This document shows positions 19,409-30,508 of a stretch of DNA of 64,000 nt, one piece after another. Origin of the DNA: Pseudomonadota bacterium. Lineage in GTDB: Bacteria > Pseudomonadota > Gammaproteobacteria > JBCCGL01. Position 1 is the first letter of the stretch, and each line of letters starts with the position of its first letter. The stretch is from positions 61 to 64,060 of the forward strand of contig JBCCGL010000010.1 of the NCBI GenBank assembly GCA_039029275.1, read 5' to 3'. A program made the position numbers and the translations under genes. The notes beneath the pieces are model-generated. The model did not search any database. It was not told the DNA's origin and saw nothing but the letters and a program-made list of their open reading frames with translations.

Positions 19409-20812
19409 CTAGCGCTTTGCGACTTCGATTGCACAACCCTGTTTATTTCTTTCGACCAGCGACTTTATTACTTTATCGTGTATGTTACCAAAACTGCCGT
19501 TTGACATGATCAATACATGATCGCCATTCTGCACGCTTGCCAGCACCGCTTTCGTGACAGAGTCGACGCTGGCCATCAAGCCTACGTGACCGTGTTGCAC
19601 ATGTCGTTCGATACCTTCCAGAGTTTCGGTGTCGGCGCAATGTACCAGAGTTTCGTCAGCCAAATCAAAGGTTTGCGAAAGTTCTCTGGAGTGAGTTCCC
19701 ATTCGCATTGTGTTTGATCGCACATCTACGACGGCGAGAATCCGCTCATTCACGCCAATCGTGCGACGCAATGCAACAATTGTGGCTTTAATTGCGGTGG
19801 GATGATGGGCGAAATCGTCGTAGATCGTGATGCCATCGATCTTCGCGCGCACTTCGAGCCGACGCTTAACACCGGCGAACGATGTCAGCGCTGCCGCAGC
19901 ATGCTCGGGTGTGACGCCGACGTGGCGGGCCGCTGCTATTGCAGCCAGCGCGTTCATGGCGTTGTGCGCGCCTACCATCGACCACAGCAGATCGACAGGC
20001 GCGTCGCTGTGCGGCGGGACTATCCTGGCGGATACGGGGTCAGACCTATCAAGCTGCCATGCGTTCGCCGCAGACCCTGCGTTTGAACCAAAACGTTCTA
20101 TGTCTGACCAGCAGCCCATTGCCAGAACCGACTCTAAATTCGCATCATCGCCATTGACAAGCAGACGGCCGCTGGCGGGTACCGTGCGAATCAGGTGATG
20201 AAACTGGCGTTTAATATCGCTGAGTGAGTCAAAAATATCGGCATGATCGAACTCGAGATTGTTCAGTATCAAGGTGCGCGGGTGGTAGTGGACAAACTTC
20301 GAGCGCTTGTCGAAAAACGCGGTGTCGTATTCATCTGCCTCAACAACGAAAAACGGCGCCTTTCCCAAGCGCGCCGAAATGCCAAAGTTATGCGCAATCC
20401 CGCCGATCAAGAACCCCGGTTGCAACCCGGCGTGTTCGAGGATCCACGCGAGGATACTACTGGTTGTCGTCTTCCCGTGCGTGCCAGCGACTGCAAGTAC
20501 CCAGCGATCCCGAAGAGCATTTTCCAGCAGCCACTGCGGTCCGGACGTGTAGGCGATTCCCATTTCCAGAATTGATTCGACTTCGACGTTACCGCGCGAC
20601 AGCGCATTGCCAATCACGACACAGTCGACATCCTCGGGAATGTTTTCTGCTCTGTACCCCTCGTTCAGTTCGATCCCCGCTTCCTGCAATTGGGTACTCA
20701 TGGGAGGGTAGATACCCGCGTCAGAGCCGCTCACATCGTGACCGAGTTCACGCGCAAGCAGCGCAATGCCACCCATAAACGTGCCGCAAATTCCAACGAT
20801 ATGCAGTTTCAC
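19409..20812 (-). CDS. mpl: UDP-N-acetylmuramate:L-alanyl-gamma-D-glutamyl-meso-DAP ligase (murein peptide ligase)
   Basis: 'MKLHIVGICGTFMGGIALLARELGHDVSGSD' Mur-ligase N-terminus, 467 aa. Confidence 0.9.
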   Translation of the reverse strand: MKLHIVGICGTFMGGIALLARELGHDVSGSDAGIYPPMSTQLQEAGIELNEGYRAENIPEDVDCVVIGNALSRGNVEVESILEMGIAYTSGPQWLLENALRDRWVLAVAGTHGKTTTSSILAWILEHAGLQPGFLIGGIAHNFGISARLGKAPFFVVEADEYDTAFFDKRSKFVHYHPRTLILNNLEFDHADIFDSLSDIKRQFHHLIRTVPASGRLLVNGDDANLESVLAMGCWSDIERFGSNAGSAANAWQLDRSDPVSARIVPPHSDAPVDLLWSMVGAHNAMNALAAIAAARHVGVTPEHAAAALTSFAGVKRRLEVRAKIDGITIYDDFAHHPTAIKATIVALRRTIGVNERILAVVDVRSNTMRMGTHSRELSQTFDLADETLVHCADTETLEGIERHVQHGHVGLMASVDSVTKAVLASVQNGDHVLIMSNGSFGNIHDKVIKSLVERNKQGCAIEVAKR

Positions 20813-21397
20813 TTACAGCGCATCCACTGGGCTGACTTGCGGGGCAGGGAAGATCATCGCAGCAATCGTGATGACACTGACCACGTAGACCATGGACATC
20901 ATTATTCCAACCGACAGGCGCGTATCAAAACCGTGGCGCAAGATATGGCCCATCACGATGATGCTCCATACGTGCAAGCTGAGCATCGCCACCTGACCCG
21001 ACACGCCAAGCTCGGCGATCGATTCCAGACTTTCAAGACCTTGATAGATGGGCCATGACACCAGAGAAATAACCAATCCGGCACCGCACAGTGCGGTGTA
21101 CAACTGCAGAAAGCGCTCGCGATGGCCGCTCATGGAAAGCCCAATCAACAATGCCAACGCGAGTATTACTTGTTCAAGAATGGATCGCTGCAGCGCCTCG
21201 ACAGCACCGAGTAAAGACGAGAATATCGAAACGTTGGCGACAATTACGGCGATCAGAGTCAGCACCGCGGTGACGGGCGTGCCGGTTACGTCTTGAGGCT
21301 TGGCCCGCAATAAAAACAACCGGAAAAAATAAGTGAGCAGAAAAAAACACAGGCGCATGGGGCATTCCGTCCACCGACAAAGCGGCATGGCTGGCAT
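20813..21397 (-). CDS. hypothetical polytopic inner-membrane protein (start probably at internal Met near 21358)
   Basis: About 5 predicted TM helices. Stop abuts mpl start by 1 nt. Confidence 0.5.
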   Translation of the reverse strand: MPAMPLCRWTECPMRLCFFLLTYFFRLFLLRAKPQDVTGTPVTAVLTLIAVIVANVSIFSSLLGAVEALQRSILEQVILALALLIGLSMSGHRERFLQLYTALCGAGLVISLVSWPIYQGLESLESIAELGVSGQVAMLSLHVWSIIVMGHILRHGFDTRLSVGIMMSMVYVVSVITIAAMIFPAPQVSPVDAL

Positions 21398-21472
21398 AAT
21401 ACTGGTTTTAGAGCGCGACGGTTAAATTGCAACTGTCGCTTTGTCGAAAAATTCGAACGATGTGACCGATTC

Positions 21473-22507
21473 ATGCAACTGACGATTACCCAACCTGACG
21501 ACTGGCATCTGCATTTGCGCGATGGCAGCGCACTCGCAACAACTGTGGCGCATAGCGCTGCGCAGTTCTCGCGCGTTCTGGTTATGCCGAATCTAAAGCC
21601 GCCGGTGACGACGGTTGCGATGGCAATGAACTATCGTCAGCGAATCATGGACGCATGCCCCGATGGTTACACGTTCGATCCCAAGATGACGCTGTATTTA
21701 ACCGAGCAAACAAGGCCCGACGAAGTTGCGCGGGCCGGCGCAAACGAACACATCGTCGCGTTCAAATACTACCCCGCGGGTGCAACCACAAACTCGGACG
21801 CCGGAGTTCGTGCACTCGAGAAGGTATATCCGCTGCTCGAAGCCATGCAAGAGCATGACGTGGTGCTGTGTCTTCACGGCGAGGTGGTCGATCCCGACGT
21901 TGATATCTTTGACCGCGAGAGAGTTTTTATCGAACGTTCCCTGGCATCGGTTGTTGAGGCGTTTCCAAATTTGAGGATCGTGCTCGAACACATCACCACA
22001 CGCGATGCCGCACAGTTTGTGGCCACAGCCCGCGATCGCGTTGCGGCGACCATCACGCCGCAACACCTGCTCTACAACCGCAACGCAATGTTGGTCGGAG
22101 GGATTCGACCACACTACTACTGCCTGCCAATCCTGAAAAGCGAGCAACATCGACAAGGTCTGATTGATGCGGCGCTGAGTGGATCACCGCGGTTTTTTCT
22201 CGGCACGGATAGCGCACCACATACTCAGGCGAACAAAGAAAATGCCTGCGGCTGCGCCGGAGTCTATTCAGCGCACGCAGCGATCGAGCTCTACGCCGAG
22301 TTTTTTGACCAACACAACGCGCTCGACAAACTCGACGCATTTTCAAGCGAATATGGCGCGGCGTTTTATGGGGTGTCGCGCAATACGCGCACGATCACAC
22401 TGAAAAAGGAGAGTTGGCGGGTTCCTGACGCCTATCCCTTCGGCGGTGAACCCCTGGTTCCGTTTCAGGCGGGTACCGATCTAAACTGGCGCATGGAAAA
22501 GCTGTGA
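21473..22507 (+). CDS. pyrC: dihydroorotase (homodimeric type)
   Basis: '[10 protein letters not shown]' metal-binding motif, 344 aa. Confidence 0.9.
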   Translation: MQLTITQPDDWHLHLRDGSALATTVAHSAAQFSRVLVMPNLKPPVTTVAMAMNYRQRIMDACPDGYTFDPKMTLYLTEQTRPDEVARAGANEHIVAFKYYPAGATTNSDAGVRALEKVYPLLEAMQEHDVVLCLHGEVVDPDVDIFDRERVFIERSLASVVEAFPNLRIVLEHITTRDAAQFVATARDRVAATITPQHLLYNRNAMLVGGIRPHYYCLPILKSEQHRQGLIDAALSGSPRFFLGTDSAPHTQANKENACGCAGVYSAHAAIELYAEFFDQHNALDKLDAFSSEYGAAFYGVSRNTRTITLKKESWRVPDAYPFGGEPLVPFQAGTDLNWRMEKL

Positions 22508-23133
22508 CGACGACCTACACACCCGGGAAACCGGGACCGATTGCGGCGCGTTTTCGTGGCTATCTGCCCGTCGTTGTTGATGTCGAAACCGGCGGTTTCA
22601 ACGCCACAACGGACGCGCTGCTGGAAATTGCCGCGATCATTATCGAAACCAATGAAACGGGTGAGTTGGTTCCCGGTGAACCGCGATCAACCCACGTTAT
22701 GCCGTTTGAAAATGCCAATCTCGATCCCAAGTCGCTCGAAGTTAATGGCATCGACCCGTATCACCCGCTGCGCGCCGCCCGCAATGAGAGCGACGCGCTG
22801 GGCTACATTTTCAAACCGATTCGCAAAGCGGTGCAGGATAACGACTGCACGCGCGCGATCCTGGTTGGGCACAACGCTTTTTTCGATCTGAGTTTTATCA
22901 ACGCAGCGGTAGAGCGCACCGGCATCAAGCGCAATCCGTTTCATCCCTTCAGCAACTTCGACACCGTTTCGCTGGCAGGACTGGCGTACGGTCAAACAGT
23001 GCTCGCGCGCGCCGCAACTGCGGCAGGGTTGGAATGGGAAAACGACGAAGCGCACTCGGCCGTTTACGATACTGTGCAAACAGCAAAGCTGTTTTGCACG
23101 ATTGTTAACCGATGGGAATCACTGCACACCTGA
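22504..23133 (+). CDS. rnt: ribonuclease T
   Basis: DEDDh exonuclease motifs '[10 protein letters not shown]' and 'HSAVYDT'. 209 aa. 4-nt overlap with pyrC. Confidence 0.9.
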   Translation: MTTTYTPGKPGPIAARFRGYLPVVVDVETGGFNATTDALLEIAAIIIETNETGELVPGEPRSTHVMPFENANLDPKSLEVNGIDPYHPLRAARNESDALGYIFKPIRKAVQDNDCTRAILVGHNAFFDLSFINAAVERTGIKRNPFHPFSNFDTVSLAGLAYGQTVLARAATAAGLEWENDEAHSAVYDTVQTAKLFCTIVNRWESLHT

Positions 23134-23296
23134 CGTGGCTTTCAGCAATCAAATCCGGAACCGCGGGGAATTTCGCCGTAAAAATCAGGCGATATAATAG
23201 TGAAGGGCAACGTCCTTTATCGCCCAGTCAAAAAGCCAGTTTAAAAACGTTTGCGAGGCGGTGGATGCAACGCAGATAGTTTTTCCGCGGGCTGGG

Positions 23297-23620
23297 TTAA
23301 GCGGCTTTGTCTGCTGCGGCCTGCACCATCTCTTTGAGCTCGCCGGACTCAGCCAGTTCGAGCGTGATATCGCAACCACCGACTAATTCGCCCTCGATGT
23401 ACAACTGCGGAAAAGTCGGCCAGTCGGCGTAGCGTGGCAGGTTTTCGAAAATGTCTGGATCTGCGATGACATTGCAATACGCAAACTCGCGCTCGCAGGT
23501 TTTTAACGCCTCAGCGGTGCGGCTGCTGAAACCGCACATCGGCATCTGCGGCGTGCCCTTCATAAAAAGAACGACCGGGTTGGCCTCGACAAATTCTTTG
23601 ATACGCTCAAGCGAATCCAT
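23297..23620 (-). CDS. grxD: Grx4-family monothiol glutaredoxin
   Basis: 'CGFS' active site, 107 aa. Confidence 0.9.
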   Translation of the reverse strand: MDSLERIKEFVEANPVVLFMKGTPQMPMCGFSSRTAEALKTCEREFAYCNVIADPDIFENLPRYADWPTFPQLYIEGELVGGCDITLELAESGELKEMVQAAADKAA

Positions 23621-23813
23621 AATTTTTCTCTCTTCAAATACTGAAATTATACGCGAATGATAGCGGTTGGTTCATTATGGAAAACGTTAGCAAGGCAGCA
23701 AGTACCAGGCAAGAATTGACAAATAAAGAGGGGGTTCATAGTGAATAAATGACCGATTCTGAGCCAATTCTTAACGCAGTAATTGCAACGCAGCCAGTTT
23801 TCCCAAAACAACA

Positions 23814-25598
23814 CTACGGAGTGTCAATATGGGTTTGTAACCAAAGTTCAAGTAGTGCCGCATGCCACAGCTTGCTGCCTTCCAGCCGGGTTAAATGCGA
23901 CTCGGGGGCATCCAGCAAGCGGTCAATAAACGACTGCTGATACAGGCCGCGATTTCGTGATGCCGACGAATTGAGGATATCGCGCATAAAGCCGAGAAAT
24001 TCTCCGCGCACATATTTCAGTGCCGGAACCGGAAAGTAACCCTTTTTGCGATCAATGACTGCATCCGGCACGCGCCCGCGCGCAACGCGCTTGAGTGGAT
24101 ACTTGCCACCATCGCGCAGCTTCAGTTCCGGCGGTATTTGCGCGGCCAGTTCGACCAGTTCGTGGTCCAAAAACGGTACGCGTGCTTCCAAACCCCAGGC
24201 CATGGTCATGTTGTCCACACGTTTGACTGGATCGTCGACGATCAGTGTCGTCACATCGAGCGCCAGCACGCGGTCGAGGTATTCGTCGGCGTCAATCGAA
24301 TCAAGCATCGCGCTGATTTGCGTGCGGGTCTCATCGTTAGGTGTGTGATGTGCCGGGTCGATAAAGTCCAGCCACTCCGTATGCTCGCGGTCAAAATATC
24401 GATTGGCAAAACGTGAAACCCCGGATTCATCAGTTGCAGTGTGTATCTTTGGGTACCAGAAATATCCCGCGAATACTTCATCCGCGCCCTGACCACTCTG
24501 TACGACCTTTACTTTTTTCGAGACTTGCTCGGCGAGCAAATAAAACGCGACCGCATCTTGCCCGAACATTGGCTCGGCCATCGCAGCAACCGCCTCGGGC
24601 ACACGTGGGATCAGGTCGGCGTTGGGCACAAAAAATTTGTGGTGATCGGTGCCGTATTTGTCCACCACGGGATCGGAGTATTCGAACTCGCTGCCCTTTT
24701 CCTCGGGTTGATCGTCGAAGCCAACGGTAAACGTTTTCAGGTTGGTGGCGCCGGCCTCGCTCAGTAGCGCGACCAGTAGACTTGAATCGAGACCACCTGA
24801 TAGCAGAACGCCAACCGGTACATCCGCAATCTCAAGCCGACGCTTGACCGCTGTTCGCAGGGCATCGTGAACGCGTTCTATCCATTCCTCATCGTCGCGA
24901 TGCTCGCTCGGGCGGGTCGCGCGCAAAGTCCAGTAGCGGCGCTCATCCCACTTGCCTTTGCGGTCGATTAGCGCGTGGTGCGCTGGTCGCATTTTGCGCA
25001 CGCTTTTCAGTAACGTGCGCGGCGCCGGGACCACCGCGTGCAACATAAACTGGTTGTGCAGCGCGACGGGATCGATATCGGTATCCACGCCACCGCCCGC
25101 CGTTAACGCCTGCGGGGTCGAGGCGAAGCGCACGCGTTTCGCATCCTGCGTGAAATACAGGGGTTTGATGCCCATTCGGTCGCGCGCGAGAAAAATGCTT
25201 TGTGCGCGCGCGTCCCAGATCGCAAACGCAAACATGCCGCTGAGGCGCGCCACGCAATCAGTACCCCACTCGGCGAATGCCTTGAGAATAACTTCGGTAT
25301 CACCGCTGGACTTAAAAGAATGCCCGCGCGCAATGAGTTCCTCGCGCAGCGCGGGATAGTTGTAGATGCTGCCGTTAAAGACGATGGCGAGACGATTGTC
25401 GTCATCAATCATCGGCTGATGCGCTCGACTGGACAGGTCGATGATCGACAGTCGCCGGTGTCCAAATCCAACCGGACCGTCGATGTGTTGGCCGCTGTCA
25501 TCAGGACCGCGCCGCTCAAGCGCTGCCGTCATGCGTGCAAGCGCGTCAGCATCGGGCGCCGCCCCGTCGAATCGAAACTCGCCGCAGATACCACACAT
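23814..25598 (-). CDS. asnB: asparagine synthase (glutamine-hydrolysing)
   Basis: N-terminal 'MCGICGEF' Ntn nucleophile. 'SGGLDSS' PP-loop. About 594 aa from MCGI. The ORF-track N-terminal extension to 25712 was rejected. Confidence 0.85.
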   Translation of the reverse strand: MCGICGEFRFDGAAPDADALARMTAALERRGPDDSGQHIDGPVGFGHRRLSIIDLSSRAHQPMIDDDNRLAIVFNGSIYNYPALREELIARGHSFKSSGDTEVILKAFAEWGTDCVARLSGMFAFAIWDARAQSIFLARDRMGIKPLYFTQDAKRVRFASTPQALTAGGGVDTDIDPVALHNQFMLHAVVPAPRTLLKSVRKMRPAHHALIDRKGKWDERRYWTLRATRPSEHRDDEEWIERVHDALRTAVKRRLEIADVPVGVLLSGGLDSSLLVALLSEAGATNLKTFTVGFDDQPEEKGSEFEYSDPVVDKYGTDHHKFFVPNADLIPRVPEAVAAMAEPMFGQDAVAFYLLAEQVSKKVKVVQSGQGADEVFAGYFWYPKIHTATDESGVSRFANRYFDREHTEWLDFIDPAHHTPNDETRTQISAMLDSIDADEYLDRVLALDVTTLIVDDPVKRVDNMTMAWGLEARVPFLDHELVELAAQIPPELKLRDGGKYPLKRVARGRVPDAVIDRKKGYFPVPALKYVRGEFLGFMRDILNSSASRNRGLYQQSFIDRLLDAPESHLTRLEGSKLWHAALLELWLQTHIDTP

Positions 25599-25624
25599 TA
25601 GTTTGTCATCCTGTTCATACGCGG

Positions 25625-26434
25625 CTAGTCGAGATAAAGAGGCGTAAACGCACGCTCGCCGTTGATGCGGTATCGATCGATAAGCGATTGCGCGGGCTCG
25701 GATTTGAGCCAATCGACCAGCGCACCGGCTGCGGCAGTATTCACATGCGGGTGCCGCGTTGGACTGACGGCGATTACCGAATACGGGTTATACAGAGGCG
25801 GACTCGAAGAATACAGCGGTGCCAGCCCGCTGCCCTCGCGCAGCTTGAGCCAGGTCCCGCGATCGGTCACCGTGTAAGCCCGCAATTCGCCGGCAATCTG
25901 TAACACCTTGCCCATGCCCTGCCCCGCTTCGCGGTACCAGACACCCTGCGGTGAAAGATCGGCTTCGCGCCAGATCGACAACTCACGCATATGCGTGCCG
26001 GAGTCATCGCCGCGCGAAATAAACAGGCTTTGCGCGCTGTGCAGTCGACGAAACGCATCAACTGCGGACGCCGCACCGTCAAGCTTCGCCGGATCATGCT
26101 CGGGCCCGACGATTAAAAAGTAGTTGAACATAAACGGTTCGCGCGACACGCCAAAGCCCGAATCGACAAATGCTTCCTCGGCGGTTTTGGCGTGCACCAT
26201 CACAACATCAACGTCGCCGTTTTCACCCAGCCTGAGCGCCTTGCCAGTGCCGACAGAAATAATTTGCACATCGACATCGTGCGCAGCCTCAAATTCCGGA
26301 AGGATCGCACCCAGCAAGCCGGAATTCTCTGTGCTGGTGGTTGTAGCGAGCCGCAGCACCGATTGCGCAGAGGTGCTTAAGGGAGATGCGAGCAAAAACA
26401 GCGAGGATATCGTGGCGGCGATTAACTTCAGCAT
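25625..26434 (-). CDS. periplasmic tungstate/oxyanion-binding protein (TupA/WtpA-like PBP), orphan
   Basis: Signal peptide. 'LRLATTTSTENSGLLGAILPEFE...VQIISVGTGKALRLGENGDVDVVMVHAKTAEEAFVDSGFG' closely follows the TupA family pattern. No permease or ATPase adjacent. Confidence 0.65.
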   Translation of the reverse strand: MLKLIAATISSLFLLASPLSTSAQSVLRLATTTSTENSGLLGAILPEFEAAHDVDVQIISVGTGKALRLGENGDVDVVMVHAKTAEEAFVDSGFGVSREPFMFNYFLIVGPEHDPAKLDGAASAVDAFRRLHSAQSLFISRGDDSGTHMRELSIWREADLSPQGVWYREAGQGMGKVLQIAGELRAYTVTDRGTWLKLREGSGLAPLYSSSPPLYNPYSVIAVSPTRHPHVNTAAAGALVDWLKSEPAQSLIDRYRINGERAFTPLYLD

Positions 26435-26645
26435 GCAGCGTACTAACAGGTTTTCGGTGCAGATCGAACGAAGGGGCGCATTATTACAGCACTGAAGCGA
26501 CAGCGCAGCAGAAATTTAAGAACGCACACCGAACAAAGTGCGTCGTTCGCGCGTCAATCCGAATCTCGCATTTTCTGCCCGGATGATTATAATCAAGGTC
26601 TTAGCGGCGGCCTTTGGCTGCCGCTTTTGATTTTGGAGATCGAGA

Positions 26646-27818
26646 ATGTCGGCATTGATCAACGCGTACAACCGCCTCGCAATCACGCTTGAGCGCGGTG
26701 AAGGTGCGCGCGTCTGGGATACCGACGGCACTGAATACCTCGATGCGCTTGGCGGTATCGCGGTCACAGCACTGGGTCATTCGCACCCGGCTGTCACCGC
26801 CGCGATAACCGAACAGGCCGCAAAACTGATCCACACGTCGAACGTTTATCAGGTCAAAGCACAAGCCGATCTCGGCGAAAAGCTCTGCAGTGTCGCTGGC
26901 ATGGATAAAGTCTTCTTCAGCAATTCAGGCGCCGAGGCGAACGAAGCGATGATCAAGATCGCGCGCCTGCACGCGCGCAAACGCGAGATCGATTCACCTG
27001 CCATCGTAGTGATGGAAGGCAGCTTTCACGGTCGTACTATGGCCACGCTGTCAGCGACTGGCAGCCGCAAGGTCCAGGCCGGATTCGAACCCCTTGTGCA
27101 AGGCTTCGTGCGCGTGCCGTTCAACGATGTCGATTCACTTAAAGCCGTGGCGGAAAACAACCCGCATGTGGTCGCGGTGATGTTCGAACCCATTCAAGGC
27201 GAAGGCGGTATCGTGCTGCCTGACGACGACTACATCGACGCGGTTCGCGCTGTTTGCGATGAACACAACTGGTTGATGATGCTCGATGAAATCCAATCAG
27301 GAATGGGGCGCACCGGTAAATGGTTCGCCTACCAGCACAGCGCAAGCACGCCCGACGTGATGAGCGTCGCCAAGGCTCTGGGCAATGGCGTACCCATCGG
27401 TGCGTGCCTGGCGAGTGGCGACGCCGCTGAGTTAATCCAGCCGGGGAATCACGGTTCTACGTTTGGCGGCAACCCACTGTCGTGCCGTGTCGGAGGGGCT
27501 GTTATCGACGCGATTGAAAACGATAAGCTGCTGGCCAGAGCCCAGACATTAGGCGCGCGTTTGCTAGACGGATTCAAAGCCGAACTGGCTGATGTATCCG
27601 CAGTGACCGACATTCGCGGCAGGGGAATGATGCTCGGCATACAGTTTGACCGTGACTGTCCCGAATTGGTCGGTAAAGCGATGCAAGCCGGTATTTTGAT
27701 CAACGTCACGCGTGGCGACACGATTCGACTGTTGCCGCCGTACGTGATGAGCGACGCACAAGCTGACACACTTGTAGGACAACTCAGTGCCGTCGTCAAA
27801 GACGCGCTAGCAACCTAG
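26646..27818 (+). CDS. argD: acetylornithine/succinylornithine aminotransferase
   Basis: Class-III PLP aminotransferase, 390 aa, 'LDEIQSGMGRTGK' with PLP-binding Lys motif. Adjacent to argF. Confidence 0.85.
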   Translation: MSALINAYNRLAITLERGEGARVWDTDGTEYLDALGGIAVTALGHSHPAVTAAITEQAAKLIHTSNVYQVKAQADLGEKLCSVAGMDKVFFSNSGAEANEAMIKIARLHARKREIDSPAIVVMEGSFHGRTMATLSATGSRKVQAGFEPLVQGFVRVPFNDVDSLKAVAENNPHVVAVMFEPIQGEGGIVLPDDDYIDAVRAVCDEHNWLMMLDEIQSGMGRTGKWFAYQHSASTPDVMSVAKALGNGVPIGACLASGDAAELIQPGNHGSTFGGNPLSCRVGGAVIDAIENDKLLARAQTLGARLLDGFKAELADVSAVTDIRGRGMMLGIQFDRDCPELVGKAMQAGILINVTRGDTIRLLPPYVMSDAQADTLVGQLSAVVKDALAT

Positions 27819-27830
27819 TCTGCGTAAACG

Positions 27831-28730
27831 ATGGTTCGTCATTACCTCAGCGAGTTCGATCTGAGCGCCACTGAATTCCGTGGAATTCTGTCACGCGCTA
27901 GCGAACTTAAAGTGCTGCAGAAATCCGGGACCCTGCACGAGTCGCTACCGAACAAAGTGCTTGGGATGATTTTTCAAAAATCGTCTACACGCACCCGCGT
28001 CTCATTCGAAACCGGTATGGTGCAACTCGGCGGCCACGCATTATTTCTGTCGCCCAGCGACACACAACTCGGGCGCGGTGAGCCGATCGGTGACACAGCC
28101 AAAGTGTTATCGCAGATGGTCGACGCGGTGATGATTCGCACCGCCGGCCACGACATCGTCGAGGAATTCGCACAGTCCGCATCCGTACCCGTGATCAATG
28201 GATTGTCCGACTTGCTTCACCCCTGCCAGTTATTGGCCGATATGCAAACCTGCGTTGAGCTGCGTGGTGATATTGCTGGCAAAACAGTCGCCTGGGTGGG
28301 GGATGGCCACAATATGTGCAACTCCTATATTCAGACCGCGAAGTTGCTCGGGTTCAATCTGCGAATCGCCTGCCCTTCGGGTTTTGAGCCGGATGCGGCG
28401 ATTCTGCAAAACTGCAGCGAAAACGCCACATTGATCCGCGACCCTCGAGAGGCATGCGAGGCGGCAGATGTTGTCGTCACCGACGCATGGGTGAGCATGG
28501 GCCAGGAAGAGGAATCACAAAAGCGATGTGAGGCATTTGCACCTTTCAGGGTAGACAGCGAACTGATGGCGCTGGCGAGTAATGATGCGCTGTTTTTACA
28601 TTGTCTACCCGCGTATCGCGGCAAAGAAGTCACCGATGAGGTGATCGACGGCGAACAGAGCGCAGTGTGGGAAGAAGCGGGCAACCGGCTGCACGCACAA
28701 AAAGCGCTGATGGAATTTTTGTTGTTGTAG
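27831..28730 (+). CDS. argF: ornithine carbamoyltransferase
   Basis: 'STRTRVSFE' carbamoyl-phosphate motif. 'HCLPA'. 299 aa. Confidence 0.9.
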   Translation: MVRHYLSEFDLSATEFRGILSRASELKVLQKSGTLHESLPNKVLGMIFQKSSTRTRVSFETGMVQLGGHALFLSPSDTQLGRGEPIGDTAKVLSQMVDAVMIRTAGHDIVEEFAQSASVPVINGLSDLLHPCQLLADMQTCVELRGDIAGKTVAWVGDGHNMCNSYIQTAKLLGFNLRIACPSGFEPDAAILQNCSENATLIRDPREACEAADVVVTDAWVSMGQEEESQKRCEAFAPFRVDSELMALASNDALFLHCLPAYRGKEVTDEVIDGEQSAVWEEAGNRLHAQKALMEFLLL

Positions 28731-28831
28731 CGCGTATCTACAGTGTGGCCACTCACGATGTGCTCTATTGTTTGATTTTTCACGCTTACGCACTACCATT
28801 TTGAACAAAATCGCACGCTAATCATCGACTT

Positions 28832-29599
28832 ATGACCATCAGTAAAACCAAGGCGTTTACGGCTCATCTCGCTATAAGCGTGTTGATTTTTGCTGTACTC
28901 AGCTGGTTTTTGCTGTTTCGCTGGTTCCCGGGTGAGTTGTTTTTTATCGACGGTGGCTGGCAAGGCATGCGCATTATCGCCGCCGTTGACCTGGTCCTTG
29001 GCCCGATGCTGACGCTTATTTTCTATAAGCCGGGTAAACCCAAAGTTGTTTTCGATCTCGCCATCATTGCCGTGGTGCAAACCTGCGCCCTGACCTATGG
29101 AGTGTGGTCGGCGCATCAGCAAAGCACCGTTGCACTCGCGTTTGTCGAAGGCCGCTTTGTTACCGTGGCGCATTCAGCGCTCGTGGCCGGTGATACCGAG
29201 ATGCGTGCAGACGGCAAACCAACACAATCGCTCGACGCATTCGACCAGCACCGTCCGGTTCAGGTGTTCGTCGAACCGCCGCCCCCAGATGAATACGGTC
29301 AATATCTTGCTGACGTGCTCAACGGCAAGTCCGAACTGCATGAGCGCAGCCATCGCTTTCGCGCACTCGGTGAACATTTGGGCGACATAAACGCGTACAA
29401 GCAGACCCTGCCATTGCTCGAACAACAAAACCCGGTGCTGCACGATGTGTTCGTTGAGCACCTTTGGGAATCTGGATTCAACGCAGACGAGATCGACATT
29501 TACAAACTTAAAGCGCGCTATGGCGTCGGGCTGGTCATCGTGCCTCACGCAAGTCAGTCGATTGAGGACATTTTCGTGATTGAGGAGTCCGTGCAATAA
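28832..29599 (+). CDS. hypothetical membrane protein
   Basis: Three N-terminal TM helices, then a soluble domain. No family recognised. Confidence 0.45.
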   Translation: MTISKTKAFTAHLAISVLIFAVLSWFLLFRWFPGELFFIDGGWQGMRIIAAVDLVLGPMLTLIFYKPGKPKVVFDLAIIAVVQTCALTYGVWSAHQQSTVALAFVEGRFVTVAHSALVAGDTEMRADGKPTQSLDAFDQHRPVQVFVEPPPPDEYGQYLADVLNGKSELHERSHRFRALGEHLGDINAYKQTLPLLEQQNPVLHDVFVEHLWESGFNADEIDIYKLKARYGVGLVIVPHASQSIEDIFVIEESVQ

Positions 29600-29608
29600 T
29601 CGCGAATA

Positions 29609-30319
29609 ATGGAATACACCGTATTCGTCGTTATCGCTTTCTTCAGCTCGTTAGTATCTGCAATTTTCGGCATTGGCACTGCCTTACTGCTTCTGGGCGT
29701 TGGCGCATTTGTATTGCCGGTTAAAGAAACGATTGCGCTTTCGACTGTGCTTTTCCTCGCAGCCGGACTGACCAAAACCTCACTTTTTCGCACCTCGATA
29801 GACTGGAAGCTGGCTGCTGTAGTCACGCTGGCAAGTCTGCCGACCGCCTACATCGGTGCTGCGATGGTGGACACCATGCCGGTCGATTGGCTTAGGCGGT
29901 TGCTGGGATTAAGCATCGTCGCGTACCTGCTGATTACCACTGTTTTCAGCCATGTAACAATCAAGTTGAATCAGTTCGGGTTGATTGCGGGTTCCGGCGT
30001 TTACGGTTTTGTCTCTGGCTTGCTTGGCAGCGGCAACGTGATCAAAGCGCTTTTGTTTCGGGAACTCGCAATGGGAAAGGAATCCTTTGTCGGGATTATG
30101 GCCGCCACATCGATTCTGACAAACGTTGCTAAACTCAACGCATATGCGAACGATGGACTGTTACATGAGCGCCATCTTGTCGTTGGCGGCGCGCTGGTTG
30201 CGTGCGCGGTAGTGAGCGCCTATATAGGTCGCAATATTATGCAAAAGATACCGCTCAACCGTTTTCGACACGGCGTTTCGCTAGTGCTTTTTTGCGCAGC
30301 ACTCAACCTGCTGTGGTGA
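29609..30319 (+). CDS. TauE/SafE family sulfite/anion exporter-like membrane protein
   Basis: 236 aa, duplicated 4-TM repeat with Gly-rich motifs 'GIGTALLLLGVGAF'. Confidence 0.75.
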   Translation: MEYTVFVVIAFFSSLVSAIFGIGTALLLLGVGAFVLPVKETIALSTVLFLAAGLTKTSLFRTSIDWKLAAVVTLASLPTAYIGAAMVDTMPVDWLRRLLGLSIVAYLLITTVFSHVTIKLNQFGLIAGSGVYGFVSGLLGSGNVIKALLFRELAMGKESFVGIMAATSILTNVAKLNAYANDGLLHERHLVVGGALVACAVVSAYIGRNIMQKIPLNRFRHGVSLVLFCAALNLLW

Positions 30320-30508
30320 GATTGCAGACGTTCCCGAGATAAGTTGGTTTCAGACATTTGTGAATTCCACGGAACTAATTTGCGAGCATCGAATCATAAA
30401 GCGCAAATCCTTAGGCATTGCAACGCAAAGCAGGGTTTGTAAAACTCGGTTATCCGCCGCCGAATTAAACGGCGGAAAAACATTAAACCTCATTGGGAGT
30501 CCTTAGAT

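Noticed and set aside
19350-19436. N-terminal extension of the Ser/Thr kinase ORF overlapping the mpl 3' end
   Set aside because: It would overlap mpl by 28 nt on the same strand. The internal ATG (MAKPTHAL) gives a conventional kinase N-terminus. The longer form cannot be excluded without expression data.
23134-23296. ORF 23185..23379 (64 aa) and other short overlapping ORFs in intergenic or antisense positions
   Set aside because: No RBS and no recognisable motifs, and they overlap or are antisense to well-supported genes (grxD). Likely non-coding.
25599-25712. N-terminal 38-codon extension of the asnB ORF
   Set aside because: Asparagine synthase B requires Cys as the first residue after Met (MCGICG). 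The extension would bury the Ntn nucleophile, so the start was set at 25598.
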